Part shown: piece after piece, positions 15,993 to 24,354 of the stretch | Layout: each line of letters starts with the position of its first letter | Numbering within the stretch: position 1 is the stretch's first letter | Assembly (NCBI RefSeq): GCF_000020025.1 | Contig: NC_010628.1 | Span: 7,140,001-7,172,000 of the forward strand | Length of the DNA: 32,000 nucleotides | Reading direction: 5' to 3' | Origin: Nostoc punctiforme PCC 73102 | Lineage (GTDB): Bacteria; Cyanobacteriota; Cyanobacteriia; Cyanobacteriales; Nostocaceae | Position numbers and translations under genes: made by a program | Notes under the pieces: model-generated | Databases searched by the model: none | Seen by the model: only the letters and a program-made list of their open reading frames with translations | What the model was told of the DNA's origin: nothing

Positions 15993-16631
15993 ATGAATAA
16001 ACCTGATCCTAATCGAGTTTTGCGGCGTCTACCCATTGTTGTGGGTGGGCTAGGCGCTGTACTTTTATTGATTAACCGTTTATTGACACCGGAATTAACC
16101 CAGTCTCAATCGCGTGGTGATGTGGTGGGCGTGATTTTGAGTGCGGTGTTAATTTTGACGGGTTTAATTTGGCAGCAAGTTCAGCCGCGATCGCCTGATA
16201 TTGTAGAACTAATTGGAGAAGAAGGTTTTGTACTGGCAGCAGATTTACCCGAAACCGTGAAAACAGAGCTAGCCTGGGCATCTCATTTATTGTTGACTAA
16301 TACAGTAACGCGATCGCTTGTGGTTTATTACCAAGGTAAGGTTTTGTTACGTCGTGGTATTTTGGGTACTAAATCTGAAGTTGTACCAGGAGTAATCTTA
16401 AAACAGGTACTCGAAAAACAAAAGCCGATTTATCTAGTTGCTCTAAAAATATATCCAGGTAGGCTTGAATTTGATTATTTACCAGAGAATACTCAAGGTG
16501 TAATTTGTCAACCTATTGGCAACCAAGGTGCGTTAATTTTGGGAGCGAATGCTCCTCGCAGTTATACCAAACAAGATGAAAATTGGATTGCCGGAATTGC
16601 TGATAAATTAGCCGTTACTCTTAGTACTTAG
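15993..16631 (+). CDS. Membrane protein, DUF2930 / cofactor-assembly-of-complex-C subunit B (CCB2/CCB4)-like
   Basis: Two N-terminal TM helices (LPIVVGGLGAVLLLINRLL; VVGVILSAVLILTGLIW) are followed by a soluble domain. The family assignment is from memory of similar ~210-aa cyanobacterial proteins, not from a search. Confidence 0.5.
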   Translation: MNKPDPNRVLRRLPIVVGGLGAVLLLINRLLTPELTQSQSRGDVVGVILSAVLILTGLIWQQVQPRSPDIVELIGEEGFVLAADLPETVKTELAWASHLLLTNTVTRSLVVYYQGKVLLRRGILGTKSEVVPGVILKQVLEKQKPIYLVALKIYPGRLEFDYLPENTQGVICQPIGNQGALILGANAPRSYTKQDENWIAGIADKLAVTLST

Positions 16632-16658
16632 ATTATTCCCTAGTTTAAAAGTCAGCTA

Positions 16659-16934
16659 ATTTTGGATTTTAGATTTTAGATTGATATCAAATTTGGTTAA
16701 TCACTTATCATTAAAATCTCCCCGTGTCTCCACGTCCTCGCGTCAGCTTAAATGATAAGTGCTTTAAGCATGTAGATATTAACCCAAGCTATTGAGCGCC
16801 ACAAGTGCATTTTCGATAAAAAAATTTCATCTAAAAGAGGCTCTCTACGAGACGCTGCACGTAGCTTACTTCCCCGTAGGGGTACATGGGCTAACGCTAC
16901 GCTATCAGGCAATCTAAAATCTAAAATCTAAAAT
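16659..16934. repeat. MITE-like 276-bp element with 25-bp terminal inverted repeats made of tagattt heptamers
   Basis: The left end is attttggattttagattttagattg (16659-16683, followed by a at 16684). The right end caatctaaaatctaaaatctaaaat (16910-16934) is its reverse complement at 24/25. Inside is a nested 11-bp hairpin (cacttatcatt ~16702 / aatgataagtg ~16752) and a copy of the dispersed core repeat (16832-16906). There is no ORF. Confidence 0.6.
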
Positions 16935-16938
16935 TCGT

Positions 16939-17853
16939 TCACCAAGAAGTCAAAAAATTCCACCCTTCCTTTTCTTCTGGTGTCTTTTCTTCTTTTGCTT
17001 CTAGTTCTTCTGGTGTATTTAAATTTGTCTGTTGAATTAAATTATCATAAGCTCCAGAATCAACCCATCTTAATAATTCGCCAGCCCGCATAACTACCCA
17101 AGAAAGCCCAGACTCTGTATAGCTTAATATTTTAGTGACTTTATCGACACTATCAAAGTTATTAGATGCAAACTCACGGGCTTGGACAAGAAAATCTTCC
17201 ATTACAGCAGTAGTCAAGTACTCATCTGGCAAACCTGCGAGTTTAATCAGTGTAGTAGTTGCTACATCAATATCTTGACAAGCAAGCAAAGCTGCTCGAT
17301 CGGCAGTGAACCTAGCCATCATCCGCCAATTATACAAACCCAATTCCATACCACCAGCTATCAAACCACCCACACCCAGCGTTGTACTGCTTAACAAATT
17401 TTTCAAAGTTGGCATCACAATTGCCATTTGGTGATAAACCATGTGCTGACTCTTGATGCGAGCAATTTCGTGTCCGAAAACGTAAAGTAACTCATCCGGG
17501 CCAAGCCACTCCATTCCATCTAAATTGATACCAACAAGGGGTTTTTCCACCCCAACAATATAGGTTTCAATGTGTCCTGTGCCTTGAAACAGATACAGTT
17601 CAGGAAGGGGAGCAACATCAAGAATTTCACAAGTTTCTACAAATGCTTGATGTAATTGGGGAAAATTACGGGGCGAAATTCTGATTTCACTACCTAGGCT
17701 TTGCAGTCTGAGTAAGCGATCGATGCCGTATTCGTTAACTTTCTTGAGTAGTAAGGAAACACCAGGCATATTTTGCAAAGAAGCCAAGGCTTTGCGATCA
17801 AAAGGATGTTCGTAGGCTTCTGAACTCAGTCCAGTTAATATTTTTCTCGTCAT
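16939..17853 (-). CDS. M48 (HtpX/Ste24-like) peptidase-family protein with a degenerate metal-binding motif
   Basis: N-terminus ...YEHPFDRKALASLQNMPGVSLLLKKVNEYGIDRLLRLQ... and ...ADRAALLACQD... resemble soluble cyanobacterial M48 proteins. The expected HExxH reads HEIAR (GHEIARIKSQH). Confidence 0.72.
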   Translation of the reverse strand: MTRKILTGLSSEAYEHPFDRKALASLQNMPGVSLLLKKVNEYGIDRLLRLQSLGSEIRISPRNFPQLHQAFVETCEILDVAPLPELYLFQGTGHIETYIVGVEKPLVGINLDGMEWLGPDELLYVFGHEIARIKSQHMVYHQMAIVMPTLKNLLSSTTLGVGGLIAGGMELGLYNWRMMARFTADRAALLACQDIDVATTTLIKLAGLPDEYLTTAVMEDFLVQAREFASNNFDSVDKVTKILSYTESGLSWVVMRAGELLRWVDSGAYDNLIQQTNLNTPEELEAKEEKTPEEKEGWNFLTSW

Positions 17854-18110
17854 AAGTTTTGAGCTTTATTTTTGAGTATTTGGGAAGTTCAGTTAGTCAG
17901 TACGAACGGCTAGTGCTTTCAGTGCGCCTGTGGCTAGGGGTATATTCCTACAACCCACAATTATTAAGACAAGCCTTGAGCGATCGCAGAGAGATTTTAG
18001 CAGATTGAACTAGAAAATCATATTTGCTGTCGGTGAAATCTCAGCATTTATCAGCATTTTGCCCAGATACAATATAAAGTAGGGCCGCTCGGAAATTTAG
18101 AAATTTATCT

Positions 18111-18629
18111 ATGCAAATTATTTATTGGCTATTAATTGCCGTAATGGTTGTGGGTATCATCGGTGCTGTAGTTCCAGCCATACCCGGTAGCAGCTTAATT
18201 TTAATTGCAATTATCGTTTGGGGAATTGTTAGTAGTTCCTTCGCGGCTATCAAAATTCCTTTAATTGTGACAATTATTGTTTTACTGCTCAGTGTCGGAG
18301 TGGATTTTTTAGCTAGCTATGTGGGAGCAAGACAAGCTGGAGCTAGCAAATGGGGGCAAATCGGCGCAATTGTCGGTTTGGTGGTGGGATTTTTGGGATT
18401 ATTGCCAACATTGCCTTTTGGGGGGCCACTGTTAGGAATTTTACTAGGCCCGCTTTTGGGAGCAATTATTGGTGAGTACATTTACCGACGTGAATTTGGA
18501 TTGGCGGTTAAAGCAGGTATAGGAATCGTAGTCGGCTCTTTGGTGGGAAATTTAATTCAAGGGTTGTTAGCGATCGCAGCAGTTGTAGTTTTCGTTGTAA
18601 CAACTTGGCCACAGGTATTTGGTTCTTAG
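18111..18629 (+). CDS. DUF456 family membrane protein
   Basis: MQIIYWLLIAVMVVGIIGAVVPAIPGSSLILIAIIVWG...ARQAGASKWGQIGAIVG... has four predicted TM helices and the typical DUF456 layout. Confidence 0.75.
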   Translation: MQIIYWLLIAVMVVGIIGAVVPAIPGSSLILIAIIVWGIVSSSFAAIKIPLIVTIIVLLLSVGVDFLASYVGARQAGASKWGQIGAIVGLVVGFLGLLPTLPFGGPLLGILLGPLLGAIIGEYIYRREFGLAVKAGIGIVVGSLVGNLIQGLLAIAAVVVFVVTTWPQVFGS

Positions 18630-18727
18630 CATTTCAACATTTGAGAATAGCAGTAATAGCTACTAGTCAGGCTAATTATTACAGACATTCAACTAGCTGA
18701 CTAAAATTTTCTAGCTTACACCAAAAG

Positions 18728-18769
18728 AGCGGTTTCTCCCATTTCATCTATGGATTAGGAGGAACCGCT
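18728..18769. terminator. 12-bp stem-loop about 100 nt downstream of the DUF456 gene (possible terminator)
   Basis: agcggtttctcc (18728-18739) pairs with ggaggaaccgct (18758-18769) with one U-G wobble on the plus-strand RNA. Flanks are U-rich but not canonical on either strand (plus: auuuaguguauu; minus: cuuuugg). Confidence 0.4.
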
Positions 18770-19268
18770 ATTTAGTGTATTGCGCGTTGGATAAATCTCC
18801 TTTGTTTCAACATTTCTCGGATAAACATTCTTTATCCCTCTTATAGTCTGGATAAAAGGTAAATTGACACCCTTAAAAAAATTTGGGAAATCTCCAATGG
18901 CTGAATAAAAAATATTGCTTACTCTATTTACCTCAAAAATAGTTGAGTAATATACAACAATAAAAAGCACAAAATCTGTTCAGTATACGTAAGTTAAATA
19001 GCTCGGCTTCAACCCGATTAAATGATAAAGATACAAAGGATAGATATACCAGAAATAAAAATTTTATGAAGACTACTCAGCAATTGAAGATGTAATGAAG
19101 ACCACTAAGTAAATCTTGCATACTCAGAATCTATGTGATTTTATGGAAATAAGAAATGCGTCACACAAGTGTCGCTTTCACTGACAGTATTTTAAATAAA
19201 TTACTGATAGTACCAGTAAAACAATCAATTGTTTCCATCAAATTTATTATTAGGATTCTCAAACAAGC

Positions 19269-20012
19269 ATGATTAGTTTAAAATCTAAATTACTAAACGC
19301 TACTCTGGTTGCTACTGCTGCACTTCCTTTAGCTGTTGCTGGGTTATTTACCTCTGCTGGTTCTGCTCAAGCTGCTGCACTGAAAGGTGAGTTCAGTTTT
19401 AACGGTGGTCTAACTCAGAATCCATTTGCTAGCAGTTTAGTAACATTGAAAAAAGATTCACTAACCTTTACTCCAGATAGCGTTATCGCAGATGCTAATG
19501 GAGTAAAGAGTACCCCAGTTGCTATTGCTGCTCAGACAGGAAGTTTCTTAGGTTTCAATTCCGCAAGTATACGTGATATCATTTCTTTCACAGGTAATAC
19601 TGTGCAAAACCCATTTCTAGACCTTGGTAATCTTACCCTTCCTGGTATAGTTCTGAATGGGGAAAGTACAGCTTCTCTAGCTGATGGTAGTAATATTTTT
19701 ACCTTGACATCTTCTGGCTATAAAATAACCCAGACTGGTGCAAATATTACTATAGCAGTTGATCTGTTTGGATACTTTACCAGCGCTACTGGTGAGATAA
19801 CTAAAGGAGCAGGAAGCTTATCTTTCCAAAGAAATGATACTACTGTTGCTCAGGCAAATGCAATTCTCAATACTACTGGCGGTTCATTGGCTAATTTGAC
19901 TTTTTCTGGTTCTACCTTCACCACTTCCGTTCCTGAACCTGCTGCATTACTAGGCTTGGGTACAGTAGGTGCTGTAATGGTGATGTCTCGCCGCCGCAAA
20001 AGTGTTGTTTAG
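19269..20012 (+). CDS. Secreted PEP-CTERM sorting-domain protein
   Basis: Signal peptide ...LPLAVAGLFTSAGSAQA/AA. C-terminal VPEPAALLGLGTVGAVMVMSRRRK (PEP motif + TM + basic tail). The body is Thr/Ser/Gly-rich. Confidence 0.85.
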   Translation: MISLKSKLLNATLVATAALPLAVAGLFTSAGSAQAAALKGEFSFNGGLTQNPFASSLVTLKKDSLTFTPDSVIADANGVKSTPVAIAAQTGSFLGFNSASIRDIISFTGNTVQNPFLDLGNLTLPGIVLNGESTASLADGSNIFTLTSSGYKITQTGANITIAVDLFGYFTSATGEITKGAGSLSFQRNDTTVAQANAILNTTGGSLANLTFSGSTFTTSVPEPAALLGLGTVGAVMVMSRRRKSVV

Positions 20013-20062
20013 TATGAACAAGTGATTTTTAGGAACTGAAAGTCACTCTCATTTATTATCTA

Positions 20063-20109
20063 TTCGATCTGGCTGGAATGAAAATTTTACCAACCAGATC
20101 GAATTTTTT
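20063..20109 (+). terminator. Rho-independent terminator of the PEP-CTERM gene
   Basis: ttcgatctggctgg (20063-20076) pairs with ccaaccagatcgaa (20090-20103) at 13/14 bp, followed by tttttt (20104-20109). Confidence 0.75.
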
Positions 20110-20115
20110 CTACTT

Positions 20116-20781
20116 TCAGACTGATTGCAAAGAATTTTTGGCTTCAGTTGCGATCGCTTCGACTTCATCATTAGCCAGTGTTTCTAATATAGATTTGGCT
20201 TCTGCACCACCTAGAAGAGTCAGCGCTTGTACAACTCTGTAACGCATTTGCCAGTCTGGATTGGTAGCATAAGGAGCTAAGAGGGGAACTGCTTCTAGAT
20301 TTCCCAATTCACCGAAAGAACTAATAGCAGCAGTTTGCACTAATTCGGTTTCTGATGAGAGTGCCTCTTTGAGCAATTCAAAGGCTCGTGGATCGCCCAA
20401 TGCTCCTAATGTAGCGATGATACTAAATTGTATTAACCATTCATCAGTCTTGTAGTAAACCTCCTTTAAGTCTTCAAAAGCGTCATGTAGTTGGAGTGCG
20501 CCTATACAGTCTGCTGCTGCTGCTTGTACATCTACTTCAGAGTCATGAAGCAAGCGATCGCGCAAGATATCCAAAGATAATTGTAAATCTTGTGTTCCTA
20601 GTGTATCCATTTGACTCACTGCTGAGTAACGGACACGGGAATTGCGATCGCTAATGGCAGTTTGAATCAATTCAAAGCCAACCGTAGGTTCCAGTTGGCG
20701 GATTTGATTTACTGCACGTAAGCGATCGCCTAAATCTTCAGAACTTAGCAATTGCTTAACAGACTCCGAAGTAATACTCAT
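20116..20781 (-). CDS. HEAT-repeat protein, NblB/CpcE-like (phycobilisome-degradation/bilin-lyase family)
   Basis: MSITSESVKQLLSSEDLGDRLRAVNQIRQL...SRVRYSAVSQM...PDWQMRYRVVQAL... shows repeated HEAT/PBS-lyase units. Size and N-terminus resemble NblB as I recall it. Confidence 0.72.
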   Translation of the reverse strand: MSITSESVKQLLSSEDLGDRLRAVNQIRQLEPTVGFELIQTAISDRNSRVRYSAVSQMDTLGTQDLQLSLDILRDRLLHDSEVDVQAAAADCIGALQLHDAFEDLKEVYYKTDEWLIQFSIIATLGALGDPRAFELLKEALSSETELVQTAAISSFGELGNLEAVPLLAPYATNPDWQMRYRVVQALTLLGGAEAKSILETLANDEVEAIATEAKNSLQSV

Positions 20782-20808
20782 TTAGTTATCCTTGATTTTC
20801 AAAAGTGT

Positions 20809-20853
20809 AAAAAATACTTAACAGTTAACAGTTATCAGGCTGTTAACTGTTAA
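20809..20853 (-). terminator. Rho-independent terminator after the CBS gene, built from ttaacag heptamers
   Basis: ttaacagttaacag (20818-20831) pairs perfectly with ctgttaactgttaa (20840-20853). On the minus strand the stem is followed by guauuuuuua (complement of ~20808-20817). Confidence 0.6.
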
Positions 20854-20857
20854 CTGA

Positions 20858-21322
20858 TTATTCTTGACTTGCTGCCATTGCCCGAATAATATCACCACGA
20901 GTGAGGATACCAATTACTTGATCTGTACCATCAAGTACTGGTAAGCGGTGAACGCTGCGATCGTGCATGATTGTAGCGGCTTCTTTTAAAGTTTTATCAG
21001 GGGAAATTGCGATCGGGTTTTTACTCATCACCTCCCCAACGGTTTGCCCTAATGCTTTATGTAAGTCACGTTCATAAGTAGCAGGATTTTTTAAATAGAT
21101 AACGCTATCAAGAAACATAATGTACGCAGGTGGAGTAACACCAGTTTCTTGCCACATCAAATCGGTTTCTGAGATAATGCCCACCAATTTCCCGACATCA
21201 TCCACAACAGGTAGTCCACTGATGTGGCGTTCTGCGAGAATTTGGATAGCTTCCTTCAGTGGAGTTTCCGCACGAACGACAATAGGATCGCGGCTCATCA
21301 CATCGGCAACAGTTTTAGGCAT
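20858..21322 (-). CDS. CBS-domain pair protein
   Basis: Two CBS motifs (VMSRDPIVVRAETPLKEAIQILAERHISGLPVVD...GIISETDL; VMSKNPIAISPDKTLKEAATIMHDRSVHRLPVLD...GILTRGDI). Confidence 0.85.
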   Translation of the reverse strand: MPKTVADVMSRDPIVVRAETPLKEAIQILAERHISGLPVVDDVGKLVGIISETDLMWQETGVTPPAYIMFLDSVIYLKNPATYERDLHKALGQTVGEVMSKNPIAISPDKTLKEAATIMHDRSVHRLPVLDGTDQVIGILTRGDIIRAMAASQE

Positions 21323-21411
21323 TTATTTGTTGATACCTTTTATCAAAGTCTCTGCGCCTATTGTAGAAAATTGCGGGACTCAACCTGATGCAATTAATAG
21401 ATTGTTACGGT

Positions 21412-21588
21412 ATTGGGCATTGGGCATTGGGAATTGGGAATTGTACTGAGTGTTCACCTAGTGTCTTATGGAGAAGCCGTAAAGCCTGCGGCATAGCTAC
21501 GCTTAGGGTGCAGCCTCTTTTAGAGAAGCATTGGGCATTAAGTATTAAAAAACTCTTCCCCATTCCCCATTCCCCATTCTCAATTCCC
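21412..21588. repeat. Composite repeat: imperfect inverted heptamer arms flanking a copy of the dispersed core repeat
   Basis: The left arm is attgggcattgggcattgggaattgggaattg (21412-21443). The right arm is cttccccattccccattccccattctcaattccc (~21555-21588), whose reverse complement is about 75-80% identical unit by unit. The core gagaagccgtaaagcctgcggcatagctacgcttagggtgcagcctcttttagagaagc lies at 21468-21530. The right arm overlaps the last codons of the Nudix gene. Confidence 0.5.
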
Positions 21589-21990
21589 TTTTAAAGCAGC
21601 AATAATTTGAGTATTTGCTTTCGGAAAAGTAAACTGATCCAGTTCTTCCAAAGTTACCCAACGAATTTCATCCGATTCTAAAGGTTGAGGAACACCTGTA
21701 ACATGGCAGCAGTGATGCACTGTGAGGCTAACGCGCAAATTTGTATAGGTGTGGTCAATAGTAATCAGATGCTCTCCCACTTCAATTACTATTCCTAGTT
21801 CTTCGGAAATTTCCCGTTGAATACACTCTTGAATAGTTTCACCAGGCTCGATTTTACCACCAGGGAATTCCCACAAACCGCCCATTGCTCCTTCTGGACG
21901 ACGGCGATCGATTAAAATTTGCTTTTGGTCATTCCAAATTACTGCAACACCAATGATTTTGTGGGGTGGGAAAGAACTGGTTTCACTCAT
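21580..21990 (-). CDS. mutT: Nudix hydrolase, MutT-like 8-oxo-dGTP diphosphatase
   Basis: Nudix box GGLWEFPGGKIEPGETIQECIQREISEELG. I start at the ATG at complement of 21988-21990 (MSETSSFPPHKIIGVAVIW...) rather than at the longer ORF start at 22026. Confidence 0.82.
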   Translation of the reverse strand: MSETSSFPPHKIIGVAVIWNDQKQILIDRRRPEGAMGGLWEFPGGKIEPGETIQECIQREISEELGIVIEVGEHLITIDHTYTNLRVSLTVHHCCHVTGVPQPLESDEIRWVTLEELDQFTFPKANTQIIAALKGN

Positions 21991-22024
21991 AATTGATTTA
22001 CAAGAGGGGGAGATGATTAACAAC

Positions 22025-22061
22025 AAAACTCGGCAGACTAGTTTTAACTCTGCCGAGTTTT
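22025..22061. terminator. 12-bp perfect hairpin with U-tracts on both strands (bidirectional terminator-like)
   Basis: aaaactcggcag (22025-22036) pairs with ctgccgagtttt (22050-22061) around a 13-nt loop. The plus strand continues gatttttt and the minus strand continues gttg after its tttt. It lies ~180 nt downstream of the DUF760 gene and just upstream of the Nudix start. Confidence 0.5.
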
Positions 22062-22238
22062 GATTTTTTAAATTTCAACCTTAATACGTCACTGTTTTGG
22101 ATATTTTAAAAAATCTAGCTGATAATTATTGGGAATTGGGGGCAAGGATTTCGCAGAGGCTTATTTTAATTCCTATAGCCGTGACTGTGGCTAGCAATCA
22201 GCCCAACAACAATATAGAATTTGCTAACTTTTATATTT

Positions 22239-22583
22239 CTAGTCAACTTCGGTGTTGTTGGTTTCAGTCCCTTGTAAGGCGAGTTCAAAATTCATTCTCT
22301 GTTCAGCGTTACGCAAGAAATAACCACTAATCATAGCAGAAGCCAAAAGCCGACCTAGACTTTCCCGACTAGTGCTGACGGTGATGCCAAAATGTTCTGA
22401 AGGTAGATTACCCAATAGTCCTGTAATATTCCGTTCCATCACCTGAAAAACTTCGGCAGATGTAGGTTTAGATAGCTGGGTAACTGTCTCTGGACTCAAG
22501 GATTTAACATACTGCCATAGTAAATCGTTGGTTTCTGATTCGCTATTGAAAAATTCTGAGACACGATTGGATGGGTTACTCAT
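22239..22583 (-). CDS. DUF760 family protein
   Basis: ...LWQYVKSLSPETVTQLSKPTSAEVFQVMERNITGLLGNLPSEHFGITVSTSRESLGRLLASAMISGYFLRNAEQRMNFE... matches the conserved cyanobacterial/plastid DUF760 pattern as I recall it. Confidence 0.75.
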   Translation of the reverse strand: MSNPSNRVSEFFNSESETNDLLWQYVKSLSPETVTQLSKPTSAEVFQVMERNITGLLGNLPSEHFGITVSTSRESLGRLLASAMISGYFLRNAEQRMNFELALQGTETNNTEVD

Positions 22584-22818
22584 TTCTTAGCTCCTTAACT
22601 ACCACTACTGGCTACGGTGCTTGTGATTTTAATACTAAATGCCTGTTTTGGATTTGACTTAGCTAGCTGTTTTGTCTTCCTGTCAACTAATGTAACAGCC
22701 TCGCTTTCTGATGGAAGTAGGTGTAACCGTACTAAAGTGAGCGTATTTTCGTCACCCTAACAAATAAAGTTAAGGAGTGAGAAGTTCATTAAAAACTCCT
22801 CACTCCTAATTCTTGTAC

Positions 22819-22838
22819 AGACGCGATTAATCGCGTCT
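22819..22838. repeat. Perfect 20-bp palindrome agacgcgattaatcgcgtct just after the sigma-factor stop, next to a second 9-bp hairpin
   Basis: The palindrome is self-complementary over 20 nt. The second hairpin pairs aggagtgag (22773-22781) with ctcactcct (22799-22807), followed on the minus strand by uaacuuuauuug. Together they plausibly terminate the sigma gene. The GACGCGATTAATCGCGTC-type palindrome is a recurrent cyanobacterial repeat. Confidence 0.6.
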
Positions 22839-22844
22839 CTGCTT

Positions 22845-23843
22845 TTAACTTGCCAAATATTCACCCATGTTGGCTTTAGACTTGCGAAGTTTGGTTAAAG
22901 CTTCCCGCTCAATTTGCCGGACTCTTTCTCGGCTGATGTTCAGTATTTCACCGATTTTAGCCAGAGTCAGCGCTTGCCCATCAGTTAAACCAAAGCGCAG
23001 TGTAATTACTTCTCTCTGTTGCGGCGTGAGATCGCCCATGAGACGATCTAAGTCATAAGAAAGAGAAGATTGCATGACAAACTCTTCTGGAGATGCTCCT
23101 GGATCTTCGAGCATTTCTCCTAGTTCGGTGTCGTAGTTATCACCCAACCGCAAATCCAAGGAAAGGGGCAAACGCGCCTTTTCTAGATACTCTCGTACTT
23201 GTTTGGGGGTCAATTCTAATTCTTGAGCTAGCTCACCAGCTGTAGGAGCGCGTCCCAACTTTTGAGACAATTGGCGCTGTGCCTTTTTAATCTTATTTAA
23301 TTTTTCAGTAATATGGATAGGCAGCCGAATAGTGCGAGCTTTTTCGGCTATAGCACGAGTGATAGCTTGCCGAATCCACCAATAGGCATAAGTAGAAAAT
23401 CTGTAACCTTTGGTAGGGTCAAATTTTTCTACGCCACGTTGCATACCAATACTACCTTCTTGGATCAAGTCCAGTAAATCAACGTTGCGCTTGATGTACT
23501 TTTTAGCAACGGAGACTACCAGCCGCAAATTGGCTTCAACCATTTTACGCTTGGCAATTTCACCATCAGCGATCGCTTCGTTCAATTCTACTGGTTCTAA
23601 CTTTGTCGCTTTGGCCCACTCTTCTAAGGTCGGTTGACGACCTAACTGGGTGGCAAGAGATTCTCTTGATTCGTGCAATGTACAAGAACGTTGCACCTGT
23701 TTACCATAAAAAATCTCTTCCTCGTGTGTTAAGAGTGGCACACGGCCAATCTCACGCAGGTAAGTCCGCACGAGGTCTGTGGCTGTCTGAGCGGTCTTCA
23801 TGGCGCTACTCTTTGGTAATGATGGGTTTGGCGGTAGGGTCAT
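22845..23843 (-). CDS. RNA polymerase sigma factor, RpoD/SigA family, group 2
   Basis: [21 protein letters not shown] (region 1.2), [41 protein letters not shown] (region 2), [18 protein letters not shown] (region 4.2). At 332 aa without region 1.1 it fits group 2. The dps-carB-sigma order resembles what I remember around sigD of Nostoc PCC 7120, but I do not assign the symbol. Confidence 0.92.
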   Translation of the reverse strand: MTLPPNPSLPKSSAMKTAQTATDLVRTYLREIGRVPLLTHEEEIFYGKQVQRSCTLHESRESLATQLGRQPTLEEWAKATKLEPVELNEAIADGEIAKRKMVEANLRLVVSVAKKYIKRNVDLLDLIQEGSIGMQRGVEKFDPTKGYRFSTYAYWWIRQAITRAIAEKARTIRLPIHITEKLNKIKKAQRQLSQKLGRAPTAGELAQELELTPKQVREYLEKARLPLSLDLRLGDNYDTELGEMLEDPGASPEEFVMQSSLSYDLDRLMGDLTPQQREVITLRFGLTDGQALTLAKIGEILNISRERVRQIEREALTKLRKSKANMGEYLAS

Positions 23844-24354
23844 TAAAGGATAGATGCTTTGTTTAGGGTGCTACCCAGTCAGACTGGGAACCCATGTATG
23901 GTTTGCAACTTACGCGCCCGATAAATTCGGCTGCTCATAATAAACAAATTTAGGCTTCTTAACTGCTAAAAGTTACAGTTATTTCCTACTTTTCACAAGT
24001 ATCTACAGTTAGATAAAAGCTAGCTTCTTAAACATTTTTTTATTGGAACCTTATTAATAATTGTAACATTTATGAGAAGTTTTGGCTATATAGCGACATG
24101 AAATTTCCTGGTTGTTCCAGTTCAGACAATATCGCCCTCTCTCTAAAGGCTGACTATAAGTCAATTTCAGAAATTATTTAGTGAACATAAGCTTCCTCAT
24201 ATTTGCTAAGATATCTCTGATGAGAACTGTAGTCATTCTCTTATAACAATTACTTAATTTTCTTGGAAATTGGGAATTGGGCATGGGGTATAGGGTATAG
24301 GGAATTATTTATTACCTACTTTGCTCCCCTACTCCCCTAGTCCCTTACTCCGTA

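Noticed and set aside
18755-18970. ORF 18755-18970 (-), 71 aa
   Set aside because: GTG start, no RBS, very AT-rich codons and Phe/Ile/Asn/Tyr-rich low-information sequence. Its 3' end is formed by one arm of a hairpin. I treat it as non-coding.
21120-22330. ORFs 21120-21449 (+), 21388-21594 (+) and 22097-22330 (+)
   Set aside because: The first is antisense to the CBS gene. The second is translated from heptamer and core repeats (WALGIGN...). The third overlaps the DUF760 3' end antisense, with no motifs.
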